This document shows positions 39,180 through 51,956 of a stretch of 64,000 nucleotides of DNA, one piece after another. Numbering within the stretch: the stretch's first letter is position 1; the number at the start of each line of letters is the position of its first letter. The stretch is from Felis catus (taxonomy: Eukaryota). The DNA is taken from contig NC_058368.1 of the NCBI RefSeq assembly GCF_018350175.1, forward strand, positions 120,902,001-120,966,000. Reading direction: 5' to 3'. The position numbers were made by a program, and so were the translations under genes. The notes under the pieces are model-generated. The model did not search any database, was not told the origin of the DNA, and saw nothing but the letters and a program-made list of their open reading frames with translations.

Positions 39180-39985
39180 AACTAACATTCCTCCTTTCTC
39201 AGTTCATGTTGTTCAGATGTGGCTAGCCACGTTCTGATTCTAGGGGTAGTTGTGTCTCAGGCCTAAGCCCATGTGCTTGGCCACAGTGATTGATTCAGGG
39301 ATGGAAGTGTGGCCTGTATCATGTTAATCAGGTCCAATCAGAGCTCATTTGGAGGGAAGTTTGTTGAGCTATCAGAATAGAAGTGCTTTGTTTTCTTTCT
39401 ACTGCTAAAAGTATTAGTAGGATAGTTATAAATCTGGTGCTAATGGCAGCCTTTTTGTCACCAAGAAAAGGGAGGCTAGCTTGCTTGAGAATGGAGTGGC
39501 AAAGAAAAGTGGAGTAGAGAGATAGGAGAGCTGGAATTTTGAAAAAAGAAAAAGAAAAGAAAAGAACCCCCCCCCAAAAAAAAGCAACTTTTGTGCTCGC
39601 ACCTGAATCCAGCTGTACCTAAAGTCAAAAAAAACCTACTCTTGGTCTTCTCACTTTTGTAAATCTGTGGTCTATGTTTGTCTTTTTTTTTAATGTGTGC
39701 ATATGCTAATGACTCTTAAAATTTTTTTTAACATTTATTTATTTTTGAGACACAGAGAGACAGAGCATGAATGGGGGGAGGGTCAGAGAGAGAGTAAGAC
39801 ACAGAATCCAAAGCAGGCTCCAGGCTCTGAGCTGTCAGCACAGAGCCCGATGCAGGGCTCGAACTCACGGACCACGAGATCATGACCTGAGCCTAAGTCG
39901 GACGCTTAAGTGACTGAGCCACCCAGGTACCCCAATGCTAATGACTCTTAATTGGAGTTTCTGCTACTTAGTATAAAAGGACTAC
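39180..39985 (+). mobile_element. MaLR (MLT1K/L-like) LTR relic, interrupted by a SINE
   Basis: ggccacagtgattgattcagggatgg...ccaatcagagc...tgaatccagctgtacctaaag...gagtttctgctactt. Confidence 0.55.
39718..39933 (-). mobile_element. Can-SINE
   Basis: Perfect TSD atgctaatgactctt (39703-39717 / 39935-39949). Confidence 0.96.
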
Positions 39986-41276
39986 TAGCTAAAAACTTAA
40001 AATAGATGTGTTGTCACCTTTAATATAGTTTCACAGAATGGATCCCAGAGTTAGTATTAACACAGCTTTATCAAATGGAAAATTCTAATATCTGTAAAAA
40101 TATATTTCTTCCCGTAAGCTACTATAGTTACTCATTAGTTAAGGCATTTGTTCGTTTTATTCAACACATGTTTATTGTAAATCTCCTTTTTCAAATACTG
40201 TTTTCTTATATATTATACAATTATTTACTTGATTGTCTCTCCCAATTCTTTGTAATCTTTTGGTGGGCAAAATACTCTTTCCCAGCCCCAAATAAAGCTA
40301 AGTTTTTGGAGCAAAAAATGAAAGCAAAACTCTCTCTGAAAAGAGTTTCATTCTTTTTTAAATTATGCAAGTCCCATGCTCTTTAAGAAGGAACAATTAA
40401 TTGTCCCAGACTCTTCTTTTCCTACTCCCTTTATACACATCCCATATTAATTTTCTCCATAATTTTCTGACTGTAATTTTGGAACACTTATGAATTGATT
40501 GTCTTCCAAAATTATGACTAGAATAAATAGGCAGTGAAAAAATAAATCCATGACTAGGCCTTAACCTAGTGAATCAGAATCCATTGGGATGATGATTTAA
40601 AATAGTCTTGGGCTCCTTGTTCTCAGAGATACTAAATGGGAGTCTTATGGGTAGAGAGTTTGCATTTTAAGCAGCCCTCTTGGAGAATCCTATGCATGCC
40701 AAAGTTCTGAAATTACCTGGTTTCTTAGCAAGAAAATTGCATAAGCATTCTTGGGTATAGTGAAGGCGAAGATTGGCTTAGAGAATTGGATTATCAGCAT
40801 TTAAAGATTATTTATCTTCTCTAGTCTTTCTGACAGCAAACAATTATTTTCAATGATTGTGAACATTTCACACAGAAGAAATACTTTCTAAATATTCACA
40901 TATTAATGTGTGAGCAGAATATTATTAATCATGGGTAAATACTATAGATCATAATAATCATAATTATTAGATTTAACTATAGAGTCTGAACTCTGTCTAA
41001 TAAGGGATTAACTAGCTGACCAATATTAACTTAAGCTGGAAAAGTTCAGCTACTACTACATTTTTCAAACAAACAAACAAACAAACAAAAGAAAGGCTTG
41101 CTCCTAAACTCTATTCTTAAATATTTCATTCCAACTCTTACACCACCTTGGTCAAATTTTTTAGTCTCAATGTGTTTGTAGTATTGACGTTTATTTTTAA
41201 ATTTGTATTGCCTAAAAAAAATTCGTACAATAGATCCATGTAGTTAGAGCAGTTGTGAGAATAAGAAATTGGTACA

Positions 41277-41509
41277 GGGGCGCCTGGGTGGCGCAGTCGG
41301 TTAAGCGTCCGACTTCAGCCAGGTCACGATCTTGCGGTCCGTGAGTTCAAGCCCCGCGTCAGGCTCCGGGCTGATGGCTCGGAGCCTGGAGCCTGTTTCC
41401 GATTCTGTGCCTCCCTCTCTCTCTGTCCCTCCCCCGTTCATGCTCTGTCTCTCTCTGTCCCAAAAATAAATAAACGTTGAAAAAAACAATTTAAAAAAAA
41501 AAAAAAAGA
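41277..41509 (+). mobile_element. Young CpG-rich SINEC_Fc
   Basis: Perfect TSD aagaaattggtaca (41263-41276 / 41510-41523). Confidence 0.98.
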
Positions 41510-44500
41510 AAGAAATTGGTACAATGGATCCATGTAGTAAGAGCAGTTGTGAGAATAAGACCTTGCCATGTAGATACAACCACCTGAAGCTGGGATTCGG
41601 GCAGGAGGCTTGAGAGACAAGCTCACAGTGAGTGTTTGGGATCTTCTCTTATCAGTTTCATAAGCCAACTGGAAATCTCACTATGCCCACAATACTTTCT
41701 ATGCCCTGGTAAGTTCTTACATAGTTAATGCTTGGATAAAAAATTAAAGCTAAATAAAGCAGGTGAGAACAAATTTCTTTCTCAAGAACTGGTACATTAC
41801 TCCAAATGTTAGCCTCTGATTCCGGATAGCTAGCTTACCTTTACTGAATTCTTTCATTCATCAGTGTTGATAAACAGCCTGCAGTATGCCAGCCACTTGT
41901 ACTAAGCACCTGGGATGAATACTGAACAACATGGACATAGCCCTGCCCTCCTGTAGTTTATCATGTGGTGATGGTGCTTATCTGTCCATATGGTCTTATG
42001 TGGAGGGGTGCAGAGCATAGTTTTTCCTAGTCTTCAGAAGAACATTATTCAGCTCCCACAATTAAAGATCTGTTAGTATACTAGATACTTTAACATGCAT
42101 GATGATACCTTGTTTTATACCCTGCAGTACTGTACATGTCCATCTAGTGTCTCACACAGGGAGTCCATAGGTTATTCCATTAATTGTTATTACCAGACTA
42201 GTCTCTTGCAGACAGAGAACCCTGTCACAAATACCACAAGATAATTGTTCCCTTTACTAAGTTAGGACTTCACACCTGTAGTGTGTACACCCCAATGTAC
42301 TTCATTGGAAAGAAGTTGAAATATGCACATTGATCCCCAGAAAAACCTGAGGAGGGGCTTTAGACAAGAGGCCTGTTTTGAGTGGCCAGCTGTGACATGA
42401 ACTACCTTTTCATCAGCCAAGATGGGCAATTTTGGTCAATACTAATTAGGTTGATAATTAAACCAGGTCATGCAGGTGTAAGTTCTTGCCCACCTCTCCA
42501 GAGTATGGCTTCTCAAGGAGCAAGTACTCACACAGCTGTTACATGAATTGTAAGGCCTGCCAAATAACTCTCATTCTGGCTGCCGTCTGATCAATCTCTC
42601 CTAACTTTCCAAGCTTCTATGTGTTTTCAATGACAGAAAGATAGAGCTTTGGGTATTGGTGCCTAGGAGAGTCAAATCCATCTTTTCTAGTTTTATATGG
42701 TAATTGACAGGAAGAGAAAATTGGTGGCAATACTGAGGCCATGAAAACATTGTATAGAGTTGACTTTAAGGAAATGTTTAAATAACATGATTACACAGGG
42801 CTAATCACATCTACCTCCTATATTGTTAACTCTGTATTCTGTGATTTGGGGAGATATGTTGAGTAAGCAGTTTATCATTTACTATTTTCGTAAGACTTGG
42901 ACTCACATCCTGCACATGCAGGTATAAGACTTTGGATTGGATGCTCTTCTGTGTCATTAACAGTGGGGTAAAGCTGATGTAGGTGTTTCCTTTAGTGGAG
43001 CCAGAAATGTTTTCCCTCACTTTCTACAACAGGGTAAAGCAGCTTCTATAGACATTCTTTTATGACTTGGCCCATGGTAGCGGCCCATGAACTAAAACAA
43101 TTCACATAAACATGATCATGTAGTATTTTACACTACACAAAGGATTGTCACACACACTTCCATATTTGATGTTTAAAGCTATGCCATGGAGTCCTGAGGA
43201 TTAAACTCACTTTGCACATGAGGATATTAGAGCTCAGCAGAAGACGTCTTTAAGGTCACGTGACTCGGAAGAGGCAGACTTATTCTCTTAACTCCAGTAA
43301 CCTGCTCTTTTCCCATACTGCTGAATGCCATCCAGAGAGTGAGCTGTTGCATCATGTGCTCTCCAGATTTTTCCCTGACCTGTTGTCAGATGTACGCTGT
43401 AAGAAAGTTGAGGGAAAGGCAATAACGTTAACCATAACAATGATGGCATAGTTGAGTGTTGAGTGTGTGCTCTCACAGAACACAGATCTCAAGGGTACTA
43501 TTCAGTCATTGATCTTAAGCAAGTGATTTAAATCCTCTAAGATCCAATTTCTACATCTGTTGAAAACAGTAAGTATTTCTTAATATTGTGAGGATTAAAC
43601 AATATTGTCCACATAATAATAATAGTAATATGGTAGTGATGATGACCTCCTGCTTGGGGTACTAGGTATTTTACATACATTATCTCCAAGTCTTACAATA
43701 GTACTGTGAACTATGTATTTGTATTCCCAATTTGCATACAGGGAAATGAAGACTCAAGAACTTACGTGAATGGCTCTAGATCAAATGGCCAACAAGAGCC
43801 TATATTAGAATTTGAACCCACATTGGCCTGGCTACAAAACCTGAGTTCTTTGCTTAAGTTATTATAAAGCATTCTTGGAAAAAGATGAAAGCCTTCAAAG
43901 GGTCCTGGCTTTACCTGAGATCAACTATCAATTAACGCCCTCAGATCATTCACATTCTGTGAGTGCTGAGCCACGTCATTGTCCTATTCATGGTAGAATT
44001 TAGTGTACAAGGGATATGCACAGTAAATGAGATTTGAATTTTGCCATTTAGCACAGACTGTTGGCTGCTGTAAATGAAAATTATACTTTTTGGGCTAATG
44101 AGTTTATATGTGTTACCCTAGGTTAAAGGGGGAAAAACAAAAGTAGAGCAAGTTCCTAAGAAACTATGCCTTGGAAAAAATAATATAATGAAAACCTAAA
44201 TTGTGCCTCCAGCGTGTAATTGTGTATTAGCAGACTGGCAGGTCATACTGAGGCTTACAACTATAAAGGGCCTTTGGTGCTTTGTTGAAGAACTTGCACC
44301 TGTACTTTTATATCTTGTTGCCTCTATAAATCTGAAGATAATCAAGAAAAGTGTTCTTCACATTTTATAAGTGAGGAAAGCTGAGGCCCAGAGAAGTTAT
44401 ATTTCCTATCAAAGATCACACAACAAGTGGAATTTGGTTCTACCTCCCAGTTTTTCTCCATGACCCTAGATAAGTGCAAAGGGCTGGGGACTATTTCTCA

Positions 44501-46138
44501 GGCTGGTTAAATTTGTGGATGAAGATCATTTTCCCCCAAGGCATTAGGAAAGATTACTGTTTCCCCCCCTCCTAGTTATACTGGTCTTCAATTTAATGAG
44601 TATAAACTGTGAGTCAGAAGGCTCTGGTTCCCGTACTGCTCTGTCCCATACCAGCTGATAAACTAGGTCACATATCCTATCATTGCCTGCATTTCCTCTG
44701 GTGGAAAATGAGGATCATAATGCTTAGCATTACTTTCTCACTGGGCTACTGAGAGCATCTAACCAGAGGCTGTAGGTGATAAGAAAGTGATCTTAATATC
44801 CAAGTTGTGGCTAGACTCCAGCCACCCAGCATAGCCTGCTTTTTCTTAACTAGACCATGATTTCCTTTTTGGGAATCACCTCTCTCCCATTATGGGCAGT
44901 CTCAGAGAAGTTGTGAATAAAGTCTTTGAATTCCTAGGAGGATAAAGATATCCTGGAGTCCCTTGTAGACTTCTTCCGCCAGATTATTCTTTACGGTACC
45001 AACATTGCCGTAGGGCAGGCACAGAGGAGTCCATTATAAAAACCTCTTGATTGCTCCTCTGAGGATTCCTGAATTTAATTTGCCATTTGGTGTGAGAAAG
45101 CTACAGTTTGGGCTGCTAGCTAGTTTCCAGTAGTTGAAGGCTGTTCTGGCTTATAGTGAGTGGGAGGTTTGCAGAAAAATAGCATGCTGCAGTAAGAAAG
45201 GGCCCTCTCAATTTGTTCTGAGTGTACAGAATGGGCAGCTATCTTGGAGAGGTATTTTCATAGTTTCCTACATATAGTTGGTGAAAAATGAGCCTGGATG
45301 TGGGGGGAGAGGCTTGTCAGTTTGGCTTTTCATCAAATTCAGTTTTGTTAAGTAGCTAATTCTTAGGTGTCTTCACAATTTATTACTAAGATATGTAAGT
45401 CTCTGTTGGCAGTCTTGATTAATAGCTTAATAATCACTTCTCCCAGCAATGTAATCCTCCTTGTTGCCCCAGCCGAAGTAAACATTTACCTCCAGGGTTA
45501 GATGCAGGTGAGGGTGCCAATCAAGCAGTCAGAGAAGGAGTGAGGATTTGGGGCTGTTTCACTGAAGACAAAGAAATGCCCTAAAGAAACAATTTTCTAA
45601 GTCACTGTTTTGATTTGATGGTGGCAGTGACTTAATTGGAAGATAATGTGATAATGGATGGCAGCCAGATCAAGAGGCGGGGGTCTGTGAGTAACTCCAG
45701 ACCCACGTGTTGTGTGGATTTTGTGGATCCACTTGAATTTCTGCCTCCTTCTCTATAAAGCAAAAGCCATTACTCATAATTTGACTGTCATTTGTATCAT
45801 GCTTAATGATTTAAAGCTGCATGTTCACATGGCCCAGCTTATCACAGATGGGCTGCAGATTTAATGAGGTGATGTATCCTGGTTCTGTCTCTTCCCAGCT
45901 CTACAAGCAAAAGCAGTTATGTAACCCTTTCTGTCTCAGTGCCTCATTTGGCAAATGGGAATAATAGGAACATTTTGTTATAAAGATTACTCTACCTAGT
46001 GCCTATGACAGTCTTAGCAGGGTACAGAATAATTATTCTCTACTTAATGTTAGCTACTATGATTTAGTAGAAGGGTGTGAAGATCTGTGTGGATGGGTGT
46101 TGTGTAGGTTAATTACAGTGTTGAAGGATTCTTGTTAT

Positions 46139-46357
46139 CAGAGGTTTGAGAAACTGTGGCCACCAGTTAAAGCCTAGCCTGTCACGTGTTTTAGAAAGTT
46201 TTATTGGACCACAGTTATGCTCATTTGTTTGCCTCAGATCTACAGCTGCTTTTGTGCTATAAAGCAGAGTTGAGTAGTTATGATACAGTTCTTGTAGCAT
46301 GTAAAACTAAAATATTTATTATCTGGCCCTCTATAGGAAAAAAATGTGCCAACCCTG
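46139..46357. mobile_element. MER58A-like hAT-Charlie DNA transposon relic
   Basis: aaagttttattggaccacag...gcagagttgagtagtt...taaaatatttattatctggccct...tgccaaccctg; degenerate terminal inverted repeats. Confidence 0.85.
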
Positions 46358-47101
46358 CCTGTAGTCATCAAAAACAAACAAAGAAAAATCCTAATTTCAT
46401 CTCATTGACATTTAATAACAGATTGGTTAAATTTTCGTTTGTTTAGTCTTCACTCTACTCATCATTAATAGACACTCACAAGGTTTCCACTTTCTTTTTC
46501 TTTGCAAGTGGTTCTGCTATAAATGACATAGTAGACACAGGAATGTATCTGTATGATAGGTTCCTACACAGGAAATACTTAGAGGTAATTATTTGGGTCG
46601 CCTCAGTTGATGTGCTTACAGATTTACTGATGGGACCTAGGAAATCCCACCAAAGTTGTCAGAACCAAGTACAGAATTAAGCTGTCAGTTCTAATTCTCC
46701 ATAACAGAGTTTATCATTAATTAGCTTCTTTTATCGAGCCAGAGGTTGCAGTCCCCATAGAAAACACACAACACTGAAGCTCAAGGAATTGACTACTTGT
46801 CAGAGGAGGTTAGCACTGAGGTTCCTGCCCATCACAAGTAATCTCACAGCTGGTCATTGCTTCCATCTTTCAGTTCATTGTGATGGCTGTGGGACCCTCT
46901 AATAGGTTGCTTAGATAGAGTTGTCATCAGGCTTAATGTAATTCTCCATCTGGATCATCACATCTGTCCTGTGATGAAAGGGGGTATGAGTACATAACTC
47001 TGGATAAGAGAACAGTAATATTATTCTTCTATGCAAGGTGATACTATTCTTCAAACTTTGTTCCTTCATGAAACATGCCTTGATAAGAAAAGCTGATTGT
47101 G

Positions 47102-47326
47102 GGGGCGCCTGGGTGGCTCAGTCGGTTGAGCATCCAACTTCAGCTCAGGTCATGATCTCACGGTTTGTGAGTTCGAGCCCCATGTTGGGTTCTGTGCTGA
47201 CAGCTCGGAGCCTGGAGCCTGCTTTGGGCTCTGTGTCTCCTCCTCTCTCTGCCCCTCCCCTGCTCATGCTCTGTCTCTCTTTGTCTCTCAATAATAAATA
47301 AATGTTTTAAAAAAAAATTTTTTTTA
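47102..47326 (+). mobile_element. Can-SINE
   Basis: Perfect TSD aagaaaagctgattgtg (47085-47101 / 47327-47343). Confidence 0.97.
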
Positions 47327-47512
47327 AAGAAAAGCTGATTGTGGAAACACAAATTTTAGTCTTACTAAGAGGCCATTTTGTTTTTTCTTTTGACATACTT
47401 CAAGTGATGGTACCTGCAAAGACACAGCTGAAACTTCACTATTTCTTTTCAAGATTATGGCATATTGGTTAATAAATGGTAGAGATTCACAACTGTGTCT
47501 GGATAGTATTTT

Positions 47513-47736
47513 ATTTTATTTTATTTTATTTTATTTTATTTTATTTTATTTATGTTTATTTTTGAGACAGAGAGCATGACTAGGGGAGGGGCAGAGAGAG
47601 AGGGAGATCAGAATCTGAAGCAGACTCCAGGCTCTGAGCTGTCAGCACAGAGCCCAACATGGGGCTTGAACACACGGACCACGAGATCATGACCTGAGCT
47701 GAAGTTGCTTAACCGACTGAGCCACCCGGGCGCCCC
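47513..47736 (-). mobile_element. Can-SINE with (TTTTA)n tail microsatellite
   Basis: TSD tgtctggatagtatttt (47496-47512) / tgtctgaatagtatttt (47737-47753). Confidence 0.96.
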
Positions 47737-48120
47737 TGTCTGAATAGTATTTTAAAACCAAAAAACAAACTCTTGTTTTGAATTTAAAATGAAAAAGCTT
47801 ATAGGGGCCAGGCAGACAATACTAATGGCAAATGGGAGAGCTCATGTCCCATCTGAAGAGTGGGGATGCTCTCTGGTTGCTTGTCCATTGCTGGCACAGG
47901 TTATTTTTCTAAAAGGAAAAAAAAACACTATGCCAAGTTTTAGAAGTCTGCAACTACTTCAAATTATCAACACAAAAAGTATGGCAGGCCCATTGTCTGC
48001 TTTAGAAATTAGTATCAGAACTGAGAAGGGTTGGGAGGTGGCTGAAATAGGGGGGGGTCACAGGACTAGAAGGCTAACCTTCTGAAGCAAACTAGAGCAC
48101 CAGAATTCAAGGAAGAGCTT

Positions 48121-48333
48121 AAAAATTTTTTTTAACGTTTATTTTTTGAGACAGAGAGAGACAGAGCATGAACAGGGGAGGGGCAGAGAGAGGAGGAGAC
48201 ACAGAATATGAAACAGGCTCCAGGCTCTGAGCTGTCAGCACAGAGTCCGACACGGGGCTCGAACTCAGGGACCATGAGATCATGACCTGAGCCGAAGTCA
48301 GACGCTTAACCGACCAAGCCACCCAGGTGTCCC
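48121..48333 (-). mobile_element. Can-SINE
   Basis: Perfect TSD tcaaggaagagctt (48107-48120 / 48335-48348). Confidence 0.97.
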
Positions 48334-48812
48334 ATCAAGGAAGAGCTTAAAACATGGTCAGGGATAGGCCAAAGTCACAGCAGTCATAATAGCACTGGTG
48401 GAGCGTTTTGTCTCTAGAGAAGAACAAAAGCATACAGTCAGAAGCTGGAATGGTTGGGAATAGGAATGGCTCAGAGTGAGAAATTGACAACTGAGGCCAC
48501 AAACATCTAGAAATTCTCCTTAAGAGCAAGGGATTTGTTATCAGACTACCTGGTAGTGAGAGGGACTTCTTTAGGCCTCTCTCTCCCTCTGAAGACTAAA
48601 TGAGAAAAAGTACATAAAGTCCCTGATGCTTGGCAGGTACTAAATACATATTAGCTAATATAACATAAAATGTAAAATAGCCCTGTAATCTGTGTAAGAA
48701 TATTACATAATACACCTTTGATCTAGAATTCTTTTCAGAATTAGCATATAGTGAGAGTTGGAATTATTTGCCACACACTTACTTCCCAGATAGTCACTAT
48801 GAGTTCCCGTAG

Positions 48813-48898
48813 TGACGCAGGGCTCGAACTCACGAACCCTGAGATCATGACCTGAGCTGAAGTCGAACGCTTAACCAACTGAACCACCCAGGCACCCC
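48813..48898 (-). mobile_element. Can-SINE 5' head only (3' half and tail absent)
   Basis: 86 bp matching the tRNA-derived head with A and B boxes; no (CT)n, no A-tail, no TSD. Confidence 0.9.
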
Positions 48899-50055
48899 TA
48901 ATTTCTCATTTTTAAGAGCAAAGGAATTTGAGTGTGGTGGAAGAGAGAGGTTGTAATGATCTCTACCTTAATGGTCTACACCTTCCTTGCTTGCTATAAG
49001 TTGAGTAGTTAGGGTTGAGGAGGTCTGGGTGGGTGCATTTTAGAAATCTGTCCTGAAATACCCTGTTTTGGACTTCATTATTTTCATGGTCTGCCTAGCC
49101 AGGAAACTATTATTTCCTGGAAAAAGCCTTTTATCTATTACCAAAATGTTTCATTCAGAGTTGTCAAGTGACAATGTGGTGTTAGATTTTCTACTCAAAG
49201 TTTCAACCACTACTCAATATTAAAATGAGATGAAAATTTCCATTGTATTACTCATGCATTATAGGTAGATACACATACATATGTATATACACATATACGT
49301 ATCCACATATATATACATATGTGATATATATATTCTTATTTGACTTTACTATTGTATGATTGAAATTAATGTTACTTAAAAAATAAATTACTGTTACTTT
49401 GACCACTTTTTACATGTAGTAAACTATATGCATAATTATTCATTTTGATTGTATCATAAAGTCACTTATTTTTCAGTTCTTATATTAATCATAATAAATA
49501 CCAGTATTATCATAGTTTCTTTCAAGATATCAGTCTTGCTAAATTGGTCCACTTAAATGTTTATTCACACTTTATTTTCCTATAGTAAGATGAATTTCCT
49601 GTCACAGTATCTGGATGTTTCTTAGCTGTTTTTCTCCTTCATTTTATTAATCATGGCCGACTGTTAAACTGCTCACCTTCCAAAAACCTTTTTTCTCCAG
49701 TGTCTTTAATGACTAACTTACTTGGAACAGCAGCAGGAAGCAAAATTTCTGAGGCAGAATCTGCTCATACAGATTCTGTCAAGTCTCAGCTTAGGGCAAA
49801 TTTCCAAAGGATAATTATAGATGTTGCTAAAGCTGAATTCATGATGGTCAGATCGTCAGAAATCTTATTAATAAATGCTATCATAATGCTGTAGGGCCCC
49901 TCCAATTTCCTTTGGGGAAAAAAGTTTGAAATCTAAACTGCCTGAGTTTGCCTGTATCCCTAGTTTTGCATTGGGCTCACCTGTGGAGATTTAAAGGCTA
50001 TAAGAAAAGGTTAAATCAGCTATTATCATAAACTATTCTCAGCCAATATTTATTG

Positions 50056-50084
50056 GTTTTTTTTTAGTTTATATTTATTTATAT

Positions 50085-50126
<42 letters not shown>

Positions 50127-50280
50127 CCAGTGGGGAAGGGACAGAGAGAACGGGAGAGAGCCAGCTCCACACTGTGAGCGCAGAGCCCCATGTGGGGCTC
50201 ACACTCAGGAACTGTGAGATCATGACCTGAACCGAAATCAAGAGTACAACACTCAGCCAGCTGAACCACCCAGGCATCGC
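50056..50280 (-). mobile_element. Can-SINE
   Basis: TSD cagccaatatttattg (50040-50055) / cagccagtatttattg (50281-50296). Confidence 0.95.
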
Positions 50281-50994
50281 CAGCCAGTATTTATTGTTAA
50301 CCACCATTGCACTGACTCACTCATTTGTTGATATTAGTGTATGTATTTTAGCTGTATCATTAACTCCTGGAGTTCTCACATTAAGCCTTGAGGTAGTTGC
50401 TATTATGATGATCACTTTAGCAATGAAGAAGCTGAAACACGGACGGGACGAGTAGCTTGCCCAAGGTCACATAAGTAGTATGCTTTGGAGTTAGAGTTCA
50501 AACTCAGTCAGGTCAACCCTTGAGTTGATGCTTGAAGTCAGTCATCTTGTCTCACTGCTACTCATCCTCAGCCTTCCTCATGATCAGCTCTACAGCGAAG
50601 TTTATTGAGGCAACATTATACAATAGAATTCATCACCTGGTTCTCACCTTTTCTGATTTGATCTGAATATCGACTTTTTATCATTAGTGATTTTGAGGGG
50701 ATCAGATATACAGGTTGGCTACTCTCTAAAACAGATAAAAAATGTGTCTGCTGTCTGGACTGACTGAATCAGATTCTCTGATGGATGCCTGAGAATCTTT
50801 AACTTGAAACAACTTCTTTGGTGACTCTGATGCACACTGTACTGGGCCATCGAATAGCAGAAGGAGATCAGGTAACTATGCTGTTAGTTTCACTATCAGA
50901 TAGCCTGAGACCAGGACTCTGGAAAGCTATGAGAAGTACTGTAGACGTACAGGTAGGAAATGGTGATTGAGAAGCCTTCTAAGGAAATGGCATA

Positions 50995-51265
50995 CAGAGA
51001 AAGACAGATACCATATGTTTTCACTCTTATGTGGATCCTGAGAAACTTAACAGAATACCATGGTAGAGGGGAAGGAAAAAAAAAAAAGGGTTAGAGAGGG
51101 AGGGAGCCAAAACGTAGAGGCTCTTAAAAACTGAGAACAAACTGAGGGTTGACGGGGGGTGGGAGGGAGGGGAGGGTGGGTGATGGGTATTGAGGGGGGC
51201 ACCTGTTGGGATGAGCACTGGGTGTTGTATGGAAACAAATTTGACAATAAATTTCATATTTAAAA
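50995..51265 (+). mobile_element. Short 5'-truncated L1 (3'UTR only, young felid type)
   Basis: gacagataccatatgttttcactc...G-rich tract...aataaa; TSD gaaatggcata (50984-50994 / 51268-51278). Confidence 0.93.
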
Positions 51266-51756
51266 AAGAAATGGCATATTATACAGTTGAGGAAGGATGA
51301 ATACAGAGTCCTAAGGACCATTTATTGAATACCTCACTTAAGAGGGAAAGAATTTCACTTGGATTCCCTTCTATGGGATAAACCTACAGATAATTGAAGA
51401 CAGACTACTCACCTTTTTCTAAAGAAAATATTCCACTTACCTGGTGCTGAGTATTTAAACATTAAGCTTGCCAAGGCTAGATACTGTAGTTCGAAAGGGC
51501 TATTAATCATGAAGTTTCTCATGTTATAATAGACTTGGCACCAGCTAAGAAAAGTGAATAGTTTTTCCTCTTCTGCTTGTTCCCACATGATCTCCTCAGT
51601 GTAAAGGAGCCTCAAATGACCATGCGTTAGAAAATGGTTCCTCTGTTTTTTGCTTTACTTCTGTCCTTTCTCAGCTCTATCTGGAAGCTTCTTTCCTTGG
51701 GATGATTAGAACCCCCCTATGAATCAGCATGTGTATTAGAAAAGACACAGAAGATA

Positions 51757-51956
51757 GGGGTGCTCGGTTGAGTGTCTGACTTTGGCTCAGGTCATGATCT
51801 CACAGTTCGTGACTTTGAGCCCTGTGTTGGGCTCTGTGCTGACAGCTCAGAGCCTGGAGCCTGCTTCAGATTCTGTGTCTCCCTCTCTCTCTGGCCCTCC
51901 CCCTCTCATGCTCTGTCTATCAAGAATGAATAAATGTTAAAAAAAAATTTTTAAAA
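51757..51956 (+). mobile_element. Can-SINE with deleted A-box region
   Basis: ggggtgctcggttgag head lacks ~13 nt; TSD agaaaagacacagaa (51738-51752 / 51957-51971). Confidence 0.94.
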
